Shown here: piece after piece, positions 5,907 through 12,896 of the stretch | How the letters are laid out: each line of letters opens with the position of its first letter | Numbering within the stretch: position 1 is the stretch's first letter | Assembly: GCA_018813025.1 (NCBI GenBank) | Contig: JAHJCL010000038.1 | Coordinates: forward strand, 1 to 12,896 | Direction: 5' to 3' | Source of the DNA: Patescibacteria group bacterium | GTDB lineage: Bacteria; Patescibacteriota; Minisyncoccia; Minisyncoccales; DG-74-3 | Length of the DNA stretch: 12,896 bases | Made by a program: the position numbers and the translations under genes | The notes under the pieces: model-generated | Told to the model about the DNA's origin: nothing | The model's database searches: none | What the model saw: the letters and a program-made list of their open reading frames with translations, nothing else

Positions 5907-8282
5907 TGCGAGGAAGGCAGCGTACAGGAATGCGGAGATTGCGGTTTGGAATATTGTGATAATTGCCAAATAAATCCAGAGACAGAAGAGGAAATATGTG
6001 ATTGGAGTGGTCTTTGTGAAGAACCACCCAAACCAGATACAGAGCAAACTATTAACTGGGAAGAGTATCGCTGCCAAGGAGAAGAAAATAAATGTGGAGA
6101 ACAATATATCGAAACAACAATATGGAATCAAGACCAAACAAGAAACGTTACTTGTGAAGTCCACGGAACTTGGACAACCGGTAATTGGAGTGATTCTGGA
6201 GACCCCTATTATGATTCACCCTTTATAAGTGAATATTGTGATTTAGATTGGCAACTTTGTTCCGGAGGCACTGAATGGACAGAAATACTATCGGAACGCC
6301 AGTGTTCCTGTGCCGGACAATGTTTAGATATTCCAGCCAATCCAAGGTATTACGATAACCCTAATTATCCGATTAACCCATATAACCCGGAAGTTTCGAA
6401 AGATTCTAATAATATTTTTCTTCCGGTTAAATTAGATTGGGATGATGTCCAATATTGGCAGACCTCTCCAGATGGCCCCAAGTCATATAAAACTACAGTA
6501 AAGAGTACAACCAAGGGTGACTATTCAAAAGTGTCAACTCAATCTGAATATAATTATACCCAAGATCCAAATGGTGGTGTTTGTTTATTGAAATCAAATT
6601 TTACTCACCAATGGCAAGTTCAGGCCTGTTGTGGAGCAGATGGAAGTAACTGCGGATCTCAAAGTAATTGGAGTTTTACTACTAATTCTGCTCCGGAACC
6701 AGTTACGCCAGCTGATCCAGATTGGAAAAATGAAGAAGGAATTGCTCAAAATGTTGGAATACCGGTAGTTTTAGATTGGTGCGATGTTAATATTGCCAAC
6801 TCATATATTATCCAAATTTATAAAGATAGCGAACTCCGCCATGTCACTGGAGTAAAAAAGATTAATGGTGTCCTTACTTCCTCAATTGAAATTAAAAACT
6901 TTGAAGTTTTTACAGGGTTAACAAATTATAGTTGGGAAGTTTCTAGTTGTTTTAATGAAAATGGTACTGGATGTGCAGATTTCAGTCAGAAATGGAGTTT
7001 TAAAACGCAAGAAATGGAAATAACTCCTCCGAAACTTCTCGAGCCATTTTATAATCCGAATAAACCAAATGAAATTCCATTTGTAAATTTATCTAATTCC
7101 CTAGAATGGCAGCGAACCGAGAATGAAGGCTTATGGGCGCGTTCTTATTATTTTGAAATAAAAAAGGGGAATGAAATCATTGTTCCATCCACTCTTACTA
7201 CTCAATACATCGTTCCTTTCGTTGATATTTGGAATTCTTTAGAATTAAATGAAGCTTATAATTGGCATGTAAAATCTTGTTATAGTGAAGATGGAACCGA
7301 TTGCAGTAATTTTGGCGATTCCTGGTATTTTAAAACAACTGGAGCGAAACCTATTCTTAATTATCCGAATAATAACGCCAACGATATTCTGATTCCGGTT
7401 AACTTTGATTGGCAAGATGTTTCTGGAGCTGCCTCCTATATATATGAAATTGCTATTGATTCTGGGTTTACCAATATTGTTATCCCTGAAGCGCAAAGAG
7501 TAGTAGAAAAATCTGAGGTCTTAGCAGATTATCCCTTTTTAAAAATGCTTACTGACTACTGGTGGAGAGTGAAAACTTGTGCCGATAAAGAGGGAAATAT
7601 CTGTGGAGATTGGGCTACTCCTCAAAATTTTAAAACTTTTAAATTAGAAACTCCCACTAATCCTTCTCCTGAAAATGGAACAGACTTTAATACTTCTGAT
7701 AATTATCTCTCCTGGGACCCTGTTTTAGGGGGGAAATTTTATCAATATAGAATTTATTACGGGGGAGTAGAAAAAATTCCTCCGACTATAGTTTCTACGA
7801 ATTCTGCTTTCCTCTCTACCGGACAACTAGAATTAGGAAGCCATAGCTGGTATGTTCGATCCTGCTTAGATAAAGATTGCCAAGAAACCGGAGACTGGGC
7901 CGGTCCCTGGTCTTTTAACCTTGTCCAACCGACACCTATTGGTAAAGCAGGATTTGTTCCTTGTGGAGGGATAATTGATTATCCTGAAACTCCTTGGAAC
8001 GAAAGAGAACAATGCGGAATTCAACATATTTTCATAATGCTTAAAAATATTCTTGATTTTCTTTTATGGAGATTAAGTTTACTTGTCTTGGTTTCACTAA
8101 CTATACTTACCGCCGTAATATTTTATTTCTCACTGGGATCAACGAATACGATTATTAATATAAAATCAATTTGGAAATCAGCTGGAATCGGCTACGGAAT
8201 TATTTTCTTCGCCTGGATATTTATAAATCTGATTCTAAAATTCCTTGGTTATACAGTTGATTGGTGGATAATTACTTTTTAA
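5826..8282 (+). CDS. giant cysteine-rich secreted protein: signal peptide + Cys-knot cap + 5 FN3-like Cys-pair repeats + C-terminal VirB2/TrbC-like (CPR-type) T4SS pilin domain
   Basis: The ORF is 818 aa. The N-terminal signal peptide is MKRIIFRKYFLIGLIFGFLLCGQFVLA. About 15 Cys fall in the next ~160 aa. Five ~95-110-aa repeats follow, each starting LDW.DV..A.SY.I.IY and ending Y.W.V..C-x(4-6)-C-x(3-5)-W-x-F-x-T. The C-terminus reads VPCGG...C..QHIFIMLKNILDFLL with two TM helices separated by a short loop. This matches the small pilin family that I recall being annotated as TrbC/VirB2-type in CPR genomes (recalled from memory; not searched). Confidence 0.75.
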   Translation: MKRIIFRKYFLIGLIFGFLLCGQFVLACEEGSVQECGDCGLEYCDNCQINPETEEEICDWSGLCEEPPKPDTEQTINWEEYRCQGEENKCGEQYIETTIWNQDQTRNVTCEVHGTWTTGNWSDSGDPYYDSPFISEYCDLDWQLCSGGTEWTEILSERQCSCAGQCLDIPANPRYYDNPNYPINPYNPEVSKDSNNIFLPVKLDWDDVQYWQTSPDGPKSYKTTVKSTTKGDYSKVSTQSEYNYTQDPNGGVCLLKSNFTHQWQVQACCGADGSNCGSQSNWSFTTNSAPEPVTPADPDWKNEEGIAQNVGIPVVLDWCDVNIANSYIIQIYKDSELRHVTGVKKINGVLTSSIEIKNFEVFTGLTNYSWEVSSCFNENGTGCADFSQKWSFKTQEMEITPPKLLEPFYNPNKPNEIPFVNLSNSLEWQRTENEGLWARSYYFEIKKGNEIIVPSTLTTQYIVPFVDIWNSLELNEAYNWHVKSCYSEDGTDCSNFGDSWYFKTTGAKPILNYPNNNANDILIPVNFDWQDVSGAASYIYEIAIDSGFTNIVIPEAQRVVEKSEVLADYPFLKMLTDYWWRVKTCADKEGNICGDWATPQNFKTFKLETPTNPSPENGTDFNTSDNYLSWDPVLGGKFYQYRIYYGGVEKIPPTIVSTNSAFLSTGQLELGSHSWYVRSCLDKDCQETGDWAGPWSFNLVQPTPIGKAGFVPCGGIIDYPETPWNEREQCGIQHIFIMLKNILDFLLWRLSLLVLVSLTILTAVIFYFSLGSTNTIINIKSIWKSAGIGYGIIFFAWIFINLILKFLGYTVDWWIITF
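6387..7922 (+). repeat. five tandem, divergent FN3-like protein-coding repeats (about 6387-6683, 6693-7007, 7008-7337, 7338-7637, 7638-7922)
   Basis: The repeat ends are anchored in-frame on WSFTT (6669-6683), WSFKT (6993-7007), WYFKT (7323-7337), NFKT (7626-7637) and WSFNL (7908-7922). Conserved W, Y and C positions recur at the same relative places. The repeats are divergent at the DNA level. Confidence 0.65.
7923..8282 (+). other. VirB2/TrbC-like pilin domain (two TM helices ~8058-8135 and ~8187-8255) at the C-terminus of the 818-aa protein
   Basis: The domain has the motif GFVPCGGIIDYPETPWNEREQCGIQHIFIML. Two hydrophobic helices follow (LLWRLSLLVLVSLTILTAVIFYFSL and IGYGIIFFAWIFINLILKFLGY) with a short polar loop between them. 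This matches the topology and motifs of T4SS pilins. Confidence 0.55.
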
Positions 8283-8324
8283 TAATTTGTGGTACAATAA
8301 AATAATTTAATTACTATTTATAAA

Positions 8325-10772
8325 ATGCTTTTTGAAAATAAACCAAGTTTGTTTTTAAAATATAAAAATAGTTTGATATTGTTTTTTAAAAACAAAAGAA
8401 TTTTGATCTTAACAATGGTAGTAGGATTAATTTTGTCTTTCTTACCTCTCCATTCTGTTGAAGCAGCTTGCAGTGCGTCACCTTTAGATTGGCCGCAGTG
8501 TATTGTAGACTTTGCGCTTTATTTACCCTCTCTCCCTCTGAGAATCGGTTTTGCTATTTTTATTATCCCTCTTATTCTTGCTGCTATTGGCGGTGGTCTT
8601 CTCTATTCTGTAATAGTAGCTGTCTGTAATTGGATGATGTCAATTTTTCTACAAGTAGGAATAACTCCAGCCAACTCGATCCCCGCCGGTCTTCCGGGGG
8701 CTACACCTCAAATAGTAACAATAGGATGGACTTTTACTAGAGATTTCGTTAATATGTTTTTTATTTTAATTCTGGTCTTTATAGGATTGGCTACTATTTT
8801 AAGAATAAAAGAATATGAAGCTAAAAAACTCTTACCAAAACTTATTGGTCTGGCTTTATTAATCAATTTCACTCCGGTAGTTGTAGGATTCATCGTTGAT
8901 ATGGGGAATATTGTCACTTCTTTTTTCTTGAATGCGGCTGGAAAAATAATAAATCTTTCAACAGTTTTAGATATGGCATTTGATTATGCATTAACATCAA
9001 TGGGAGTTATTTTTGGTCAGGGTGATTTTTTAACTATGATTGGCCAGTTTGCTGGGATAGTTATTTATGGAATTGTATTAACAGTTTTCTATTTATGGGG
9101 CTCATGGATATACGCATGGATAATGCTCTCTTTTGTATTCAGAATCACGGAACTTTGGGTATTGATGATTTTATGTCCTATTGCTTTTTTCTCTAACATC
9201 TTTCCACCTTCTAATACAATTAGAATGCTTTTTCCTGGTATTTTGCATTGGAAAAAATGGTGGGAAGAATTTTTACGATGGATAATTTGGGCTATACCAA
9301 TTGGTTTTTTCCTTTATCTCTCTAATTGGGTAATGGCAAACACAAGTGTAGTTCAAGGTATTTTTGATAACACTACTCTCATAGATGGATTAAATGTTGC
9401 GACGGAAGGATCTACTCAATTTCCAGCACTCGAGGGTGGTTTTATTACTCTTATCACATCCCTTCTTACTCCAACCCTTGCTTTAATTTTATTAGATAAA
9501 GGATATAAAATCGCTAAACAAACTGCACCAGAAGCAGCCAAGGGAATATTAGAAGGAACAGAAAAATTAGGAAAATTAGCTATAGCAGCTGGTATTACTG
9601 CCGCAACAGCCGGCGCTGGAGCAGGGTTGGCTGGTGGAATGTTAGGGAAAGCCGGAGTCGCGGCTACAAGACTAGAAACCTTTGCTGGTAAGGGTAGATT
9701 GGGTATAGCCGGTAAGGCTTTAGTATCTCCATTGACTAAACCTATTAAGATGTTTGAGAGAATTGCTGCTCCTCCACTTTTAAAATATGCGGCTAAAACA
9801 AGGGAGGGTATAAAAATACCGGAAGAATTCAAAAACCTATCGCCAGATGAACAAGCGATTATAGTACGAACGGCCCTAACAAAGGAAGCCAAGCTTAAAC
9901 GTATCGCTAAGATGGTAGAACTAAAAACTTACGATAAGGTTACTGACAAAAATTTCTTAAATGAAACTCAAAAAATAGCTGATAAACTTTCGGATGATCC
10001 TCGTTACAGCAAAGATGCAAGATCTGTAAAAGATAAAGCGCCCAATACGATATCAGAAGAAGGAATAATAAAAATGAAATTGGTTGGAAAAATAACAGAA
10101 GAAGAAAGAGAAGAAGTTAAAAAAACAGTAAAGAAAGAAATAAACCGAATATCGGAGGATTTGAAAAATGACGATACGTTTAAATTGGAAATTGATTCAC
10201 ATGCAAAAATAAATAAAACTACATTCGAACAAGCCTCAAGAGATATTGCCGCTGGAGCAATTTATACTAAAGAAATGAAAGGAGAAGATTGGTCAAAGAT
10301 AACAAAAAATTCGTCCAAATCTTTAGCCGTAAGAACAGGTGCTTTATATTCTGATGGAAGAAAACTTAGTAAAGCAGCGGATAATTTTGGACCAGAATTC
10401 GTTGATAATTTTATGGAAGAAGTTGCAAAGAAAGGACCTGAGTGGCTTGCGGAAAATAATAGTGCTGGGCTTCTTTATCTTTGTGGCAATGCTGCTCAAG
10501 ACCTCGGCTATACTCCTCCAGAAGGTATAGACAAAGAAAAGGCAAGAAAAATGATAGAAAATGCAAGAAAAGAAAAGATAGAAAATAGAAAGAATACCCG
10601 TACGAACACTAAAGAAGAAAAAGAACAAAAAAAATTAGATGATTGGATGCCTCAAGGAAGACAAGGTGCAACCGGAACACCAACGAAAAAAACAAAACAA
10701 CCTTCAGAAGGTCAGAGTACGATGGAAAAGCCCGAAAAAGAAAAAAGGCCTCCAGGACGGCCAGGTATTTAA
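8325..10772 (+). CDS. VirB6/TrbL-like polytopic membrane protein with long charged C-terminal extension
   Basis: The ORF is 815 aa. An alternative start at Met30 (nt 8412) would give a clean signal peptide, MVVGLILSFLPLHSVEA|ACSASPLDWPQC. About 8 predicted TM helices span aa ~60-390. A Gly/Ala-rich linker follows (AAGITAATAGAGAGLAGGMLGKAGVAATR, nt ~9578-9720, locally GC-rich). A ~400-aa Lys/Glu-rich hydrophilic tail ends PPGRPGI. The gene sits directly downstream of the pilin-domain gene. The family assignment is by architecture only. Confidence 0.5.
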   Translation: MLFENKPSLFLKYKNSLILFFKNKRILILTMVVGLILSFLPLHSVEAACSASPLDWPQCIVDFALYLPSLPLRIGFAIFIIPLILAAIGGGLLYSVIVAVCNWMMSIFLQVGITPANSIPAGLPGATPQIVTIGWTFTRDFVNMFFILILVFIGLATILRIKEYEAKKLLPKLIGLALLINFTPVVVGFIVDMGNIVTSFFLNAAGKIINLSTVLDMAFDYALTSMGVIFGQGDFLTMIGQFAGIVIYGIVLTVFYLWGSWIYAWIMLSFVFRITELWVLMILCPIAFFSNIFPPSNTIRMLFPGILHWKKWWEEFLRWIIWAIPIGFFLYLSNWVMANTSVVQGIFDNTTLIDGLNVATEGSTQFPALEGGFITLITSLLTPTLALILLDKGYKIAKQTAPEAAKGILEGTEKLGKLAIAAGITAATAGAGAGLAGGMLGKAGVAATRLETFAGKGRLGIAGKALVSPLTKPIKMFERIAAPPLLKYAAKTREGIKIPEEFKNLSPDEQAIIVRTALTKEAKLKRIAKMVELKTYDKVTDKNFLNETQKIADKLSDDPRYSKDARSVKDKAPNTISEEGIIKMKLVGKITEEEREEVKKTVKKEINRISEDLKNDDTFKLEIDSHAKINKTTFEQASRDIAAGAIYTKEMKGEDWSKITKNSSKSLAVRTGALYSDGRKLSKAADNFGPEFVDNFMEEVAKKGPEWLAENNSAGLLYLCGNAAQDLGYTPPEGIDKEKARKMIENARKEKIENRKNTRTNTKEEKEQKKLDDWMPQGRQGATGTPTKKTKQPSEGQSTMEKPEKEKRPPGRPGI

Positions 10773-10774
10773 AG

Positions 10775-10803
10775 AAAAAAAGTTGAGTTATTCTCAACTT
10801 TTT
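10775..10803. terminator. bidirectional rho-independent terminator (AAAAAAAGTTGAG-TTATT-CTCAACTTTTT)
   Basis: The AGTTGAG/CTCAACT stem is perfect and is flanked by an A-run and a T-run. It lies exactly between the convergent stops at 10772 (+) and 10807 (-). Confidence 0.6.
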
Positions 10804-10806
10804 GGG

Positions 10807-12051
10807 TTATTTTTTTCGTTTCTTTTTAGACTCGGACAACTTTAGTCTTTTAATATCTTCTTTTAGTTTTTGGATTTCTTCTGGTAAGATATCGTTTGGT
10901 GACTTCCCGAAGATTCCTTTTAATGCCTCTGAAAGTCCTGGTATTGCCTGAACCGTCATACTAGCTGCCAGCGGACTCTTCTCCATCGCCTCTAAGGTCC
11001 TGACCAATTTTCCTAAATCGCCATAGTGTTTAATCTGCTCAAAAATTATTCCCATCCTCTTTGCCTCTCCTTCGGCCTTAAGAATCGTCGCCTTTCTTTC
11101 GCCTGCCGCCTCTGTTTCTGTTTTATATTTTGTTGCTTTTGCTGTTACTTTTGTCGCTTCAGCTGTTTCACTAGCAGTATATCTTAGTAAAGTCGTCTTT
11201 AGAAACTCCTCTGGAGGATCTATTTGTCTGATTTCAATCGCTTTTACTTCTACACCATATTGATCAATGAATTCTCCTCTCTCACCTTCTGCCATCAATA
11301 TTCCATCCTCTTGTTCGTATTGACCGACCAGTTTTGATTTCTTCATTTCTTCCCACATTTCTCCTCCGACCGTCTGTATTACCGCTCCTAAATCAGTGTA
11401 TGATATTTTTGCAATGTATTGCCGTATAATAGGCTGCATCCGATTTATAATCGTCTCAAGCCAATTTTGGACAGCGAATCTAGCCTTATAAGGATTAACC
11501 ACTCTGATTGTAAGGTAAATTTGTATTTCTAAAGGTAAAAGGTTTTTGTCTTCTGCTTCGGCTATCTTAGTGAAATAAACATCGTCCTTGAGAAGCATAT
11601 AGTCAAGCCATTCATGTTTCTTATTTATTGTTCCGCTTTCGTCTACACCAGTCCATCGAAATTTGTATATATGAAGATCCCAGAGTGGCCAAAGACCATA
11701 GAAGCACAATCCACCGAACCTATGCTTTTCTTTGCCTTTTATAACGTTCCATTTTTCCGGATGCTGTTTTTGGTAGTCAAAAGTATAGCCTTCCCACCGA
11801 ATCAAACATTTATCGAATTTGTCTCCCTTTACAACAAATTTTACAGTACTTTCTTTCACAAAAGTGAAAAAACAGTTGTTTGGGGCTAAAACAAAATAGA
11901 TAATTAAGAAAGCGGCTATCGGGATAAAGATAATTGACCAGATAATATATGTAGAGATTGACATTGGTATTACTATTCCTAAGAGATACGGTAGAAATCC
12001 TATGATTACAACAATAGCTATCGTCCTTATCATATTTAAACTTCTTGTCAC
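10807..12051 (-). CDS. SPFH/Band-7 (stomatin/prohibitin/flotillin-like) membrane protein
   Basis: The ORF is 414 aa. N-terminal TM helices are present (IAIVVIIGFLPYLLGIVI and IIFIPIAAFLIIYFVLA). The SPFH core carries the motifs IEIRQIDPPEEF and TASETAEATKV...ILKAEGEAKR. The C-terminal tail is Lys-rich. The start is GTG (12049-12051), preceded by AGGAG (12060-12064 on -) with an 8-nt spacer. Confidence 0.75.
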   Translation of the reverse strand: MTRSLNMIRTIAIVVIIGFLPYLLGIVIPMSISTYIIWSIIFIPIAAFLIIYFVLAPNNCFFTFVKESTVKFVVKGDKFDKCLIRWEGYTFDYQKQHPEKWNVIKGKEKHRFGGLCFYGLWPLWDLHIYKFRWTGVDESGTINKKHEWLDYMLLKDDVYFTKIAEAEDKNLLPLEIQIYLTIRVVNPYKARFAVQNWLETIINRMQPIIRQYIAKISYTDLGAVIQTVGGEMWEEMKKSKLVGQYEQEDGILMAEGERGEFIDQYGVEVKAIEIRQIDPPEEFLKTTLLRYTASETAEATKVTAKATKYKTETEAAGERKATILKAEGEAKRMGIIFEQIKHYGDLGKLVRTLEAMEKSPLAASMTVQAIPGLSEALKGIFGKSPNDILPEEIQKLKEDIKRLKLSESKKKRKK

Positions 12052-12086
12052 TTTTTTTTCTCCTGTTTTTATTATGTTCTGGTTAA

Positions 12087-12114
12087 ATTATACAGAATTT
12101 TCGATTTTTGTCAA
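12087..12114 (-). promoter_or_regulatory. near-consensus sigma70 promoter TTGACA-16nt-TATAAT for the SPFH gene
   Basis: On the minus strand, TTGACA lies at 12109-12114 and TATAAT at 12087-12092 with a 16-nt spacer. The predicted TSS is ~12080, giving a ~30-nt leader to the SD and GTG start. Confidence 0.45.
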
Positions 12115-12145
12115 TAAAGCATTCCATTAAAAATTATTTTTGCGG

Positions 12146-12151
12146 TATAAT
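12146..12151 (+). promoter_or_regulatory. candidate -10 box (TATAAT, with TGcgGTATAAT context) for the 12182 gene
   Basis: A perfect TATAAT sits ~30 nt upstream of ATG 12182. No convincing -35 was found. The region is AT-rich. Confidence 0.25.
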
Positions 12152-12181
12152 TAAAATATGGTAAAATAATATAATAAATAT

Positions 12182-12607
12182 ATGCTGGACAAATATACAA
12201 AAGAACAATTTTGGAAACTTTACGAAAAAATTTCTCAGGAATTAAAAGAAACAATTTTTTCCGAAGAAACTGCGAATAATATCTTGGATATTTGCTTAAG
12301 AAACGGCGTTGAAGATGAAAGAGTTTCCGAGGTAGCCAGGTATACAGGTAGGGTTTTGATGGGAATTTTAGAGCCAACTGATTTTCAAGAAACATTGGAA
12401 AAAGAATTAAAAATGGAAAAAAATACGGCTAAAAAAATCAGTCAGGGAATTAATCGTTTTATTTTCTATCCCGTAAAACCGGCTCTTGAAGAATTATATA
12501 AAACAGAGATAATGCCAATTGCAAAGCCGAATGGAAGTGCTCCGCTACCTATAGAGAAAGCAGATACCTCTTCGTTAAAGGATGTTTATAGGGAAGCAAT
12601 TGAATGA
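12182..12607 (+). CDS. hypothetical protein (141 aa, soluble)
   Basis: The ORF has coding-like composition and diverges from the SPFH promoter region. Its stop TGA overlaps the next ATG (ATGA). No family recognised. Confidence 0.5.
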   Translation: MLDKYTKEQFWKLYEKISQELKETIFSEETANNILDICLRNGVEDERVSEVARYTGRVLMGILEPTDFQETLEKELKMEKNTAKKISQGINRFIFYPVKPALEELYKTEIMPIAKPNGSAPLPIEKADTSSLKDVYREAIE

Positions 12608-12846
12608 AAAATTTTAAATCCATCCAAGATTTACCGGAACAAAAAAGAAAAATAATTCTTTGGACAATAATGGTTTTAACAGGATTAAGCTTATTGATTA
12701 TTTATATAAAGGGTGCTCGAGAAAAAATAGAAAATCTTGAAATAGAAAAATTTAAAGAGGAAATACAATTACAATCTCTTGAAGAAGAACTTGGAAATTT
12801 ACTAAAAATAGAAATACCAAATATACAACAAGAGATACAAGAGTAA
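12604..12846 (+). CDS. hypothetical small membrane-anchored coiled-coil protein (80 aa)
   Basis: It is translationally coupled to the upstream ORF through a 4-nt overlap. It has a TM helix (ILWTIMVLTGLSLLIIYI) followed by an EIEKFKEEIQLQSLEEELGNLLKIEI coiled-coil-like segment. Confidence 0.45.
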   Translation: MKNFKSIQDLPEQKRKIILWTIMVLTGLSLLIIYIKGAREKIENLEIEKFKEEIQLQSLEEELGNLLKIEIPNIQQEIQE

Positions 12847-12896
12847 GCATATAATATTTGCGATTCATATATTATAATAGATTAATTATTATGAAA

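Noticed and set aside
5816-6228. Cluster of short ORFs (5816-6031 -, 5842-6027 -, 5880-6164 -, 5998-6228 +)
   Set aside because: All are embedded in or antisense to the 5' end of the 818-aa Cys-rich protein gene. Their composition is not coding-like, and the long frame explains the region.
9416-9892. 158-aa minus-strand ORF rich in Ala/Pro/Gly
   Set aside because: It lies antisense to the locally GC-rich Gly/Ala linker of the 815-aa protein. The open frame is a by-product of GC-rich low-complexity coding on the opposite strand.
1-12896. Alternative genetic code (TGA=Gly, code 25 of SR1/Gracilibacteria)
   Set aside because: Conserved genes such as PNPase (701 aa) are intact when TGA is treated as stop. 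12182-12607 ends at TGA in a sensible coupled arrangement. The standard code therefore fits.
1-12896. CRISPR arrays, tRNA/rRNA genes, transposases or IS inverted repeats
   Set aside because: No direct-repeat/spacer periodicity, no tRNA-like T-arm motifs and no transposase-like ORFs were seen in any frame.

Overview
This is an AT-rich window (GC roughly mid-30s % by eye) with tightly packed genes that mostly lack Shine-Dalgarno sequences. TGA behaves as a stop codon, and conserved genes such as the 701-aa PNPase are intact under the standard code. All of this fits a small-genome, CPR/Patescibacteria-like bacterium, but that placement is inference.

The 5' third is a housekeeping RNA-metabolism operon, rpsO (S15) then pnp (PNPase). 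It is unusual because a NYN/LabA-like nuclease-fold gene sits between them, translationally coupled to both. A co-directional membrane-anchored protein of unknown function follows, then a DksA/TraR-type C4 zinc-finger protein. A possible 51-aa repeat-containing micro-ORF comes next, closed by twin palindromic hairpins.

The rest of the window looks accessory and envelope-related. A divergent LysM-LysM-M23 peptidase on the minus strand faces the most interesting element, an 818-aa cysteine-rich secreted protein. It has a signal peptide, a Cys-knot-like cap and five FN3-like repeats, each closed by a C-x(4-6)-C-x(3-5)-W-x-F-x-T motif. It ends in a VirB2/TrbC-like pilin domain of the type common as small stand-alone proteins in CPR genomes (VPCGG...C, then two TM helices).

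Immediately downstream is an 815-aa polytopic membrane protein with a Gly/Ala-rich linker and a long charged tail, best explained as VirB6/TrbL-like. Together these form a candidate minimal T4SS-like 'giant pilin-adhesin plus VirB6' module with no ATPase in view.

A convergent SPFH/Band-7 protein follows, with a near-consensus sigma70 promoter, an AGGAG RBS and a GTG start. Two small coupled hypothetical genes close the window. No tRNA, rRNA, CRISPR or transposase was seen.
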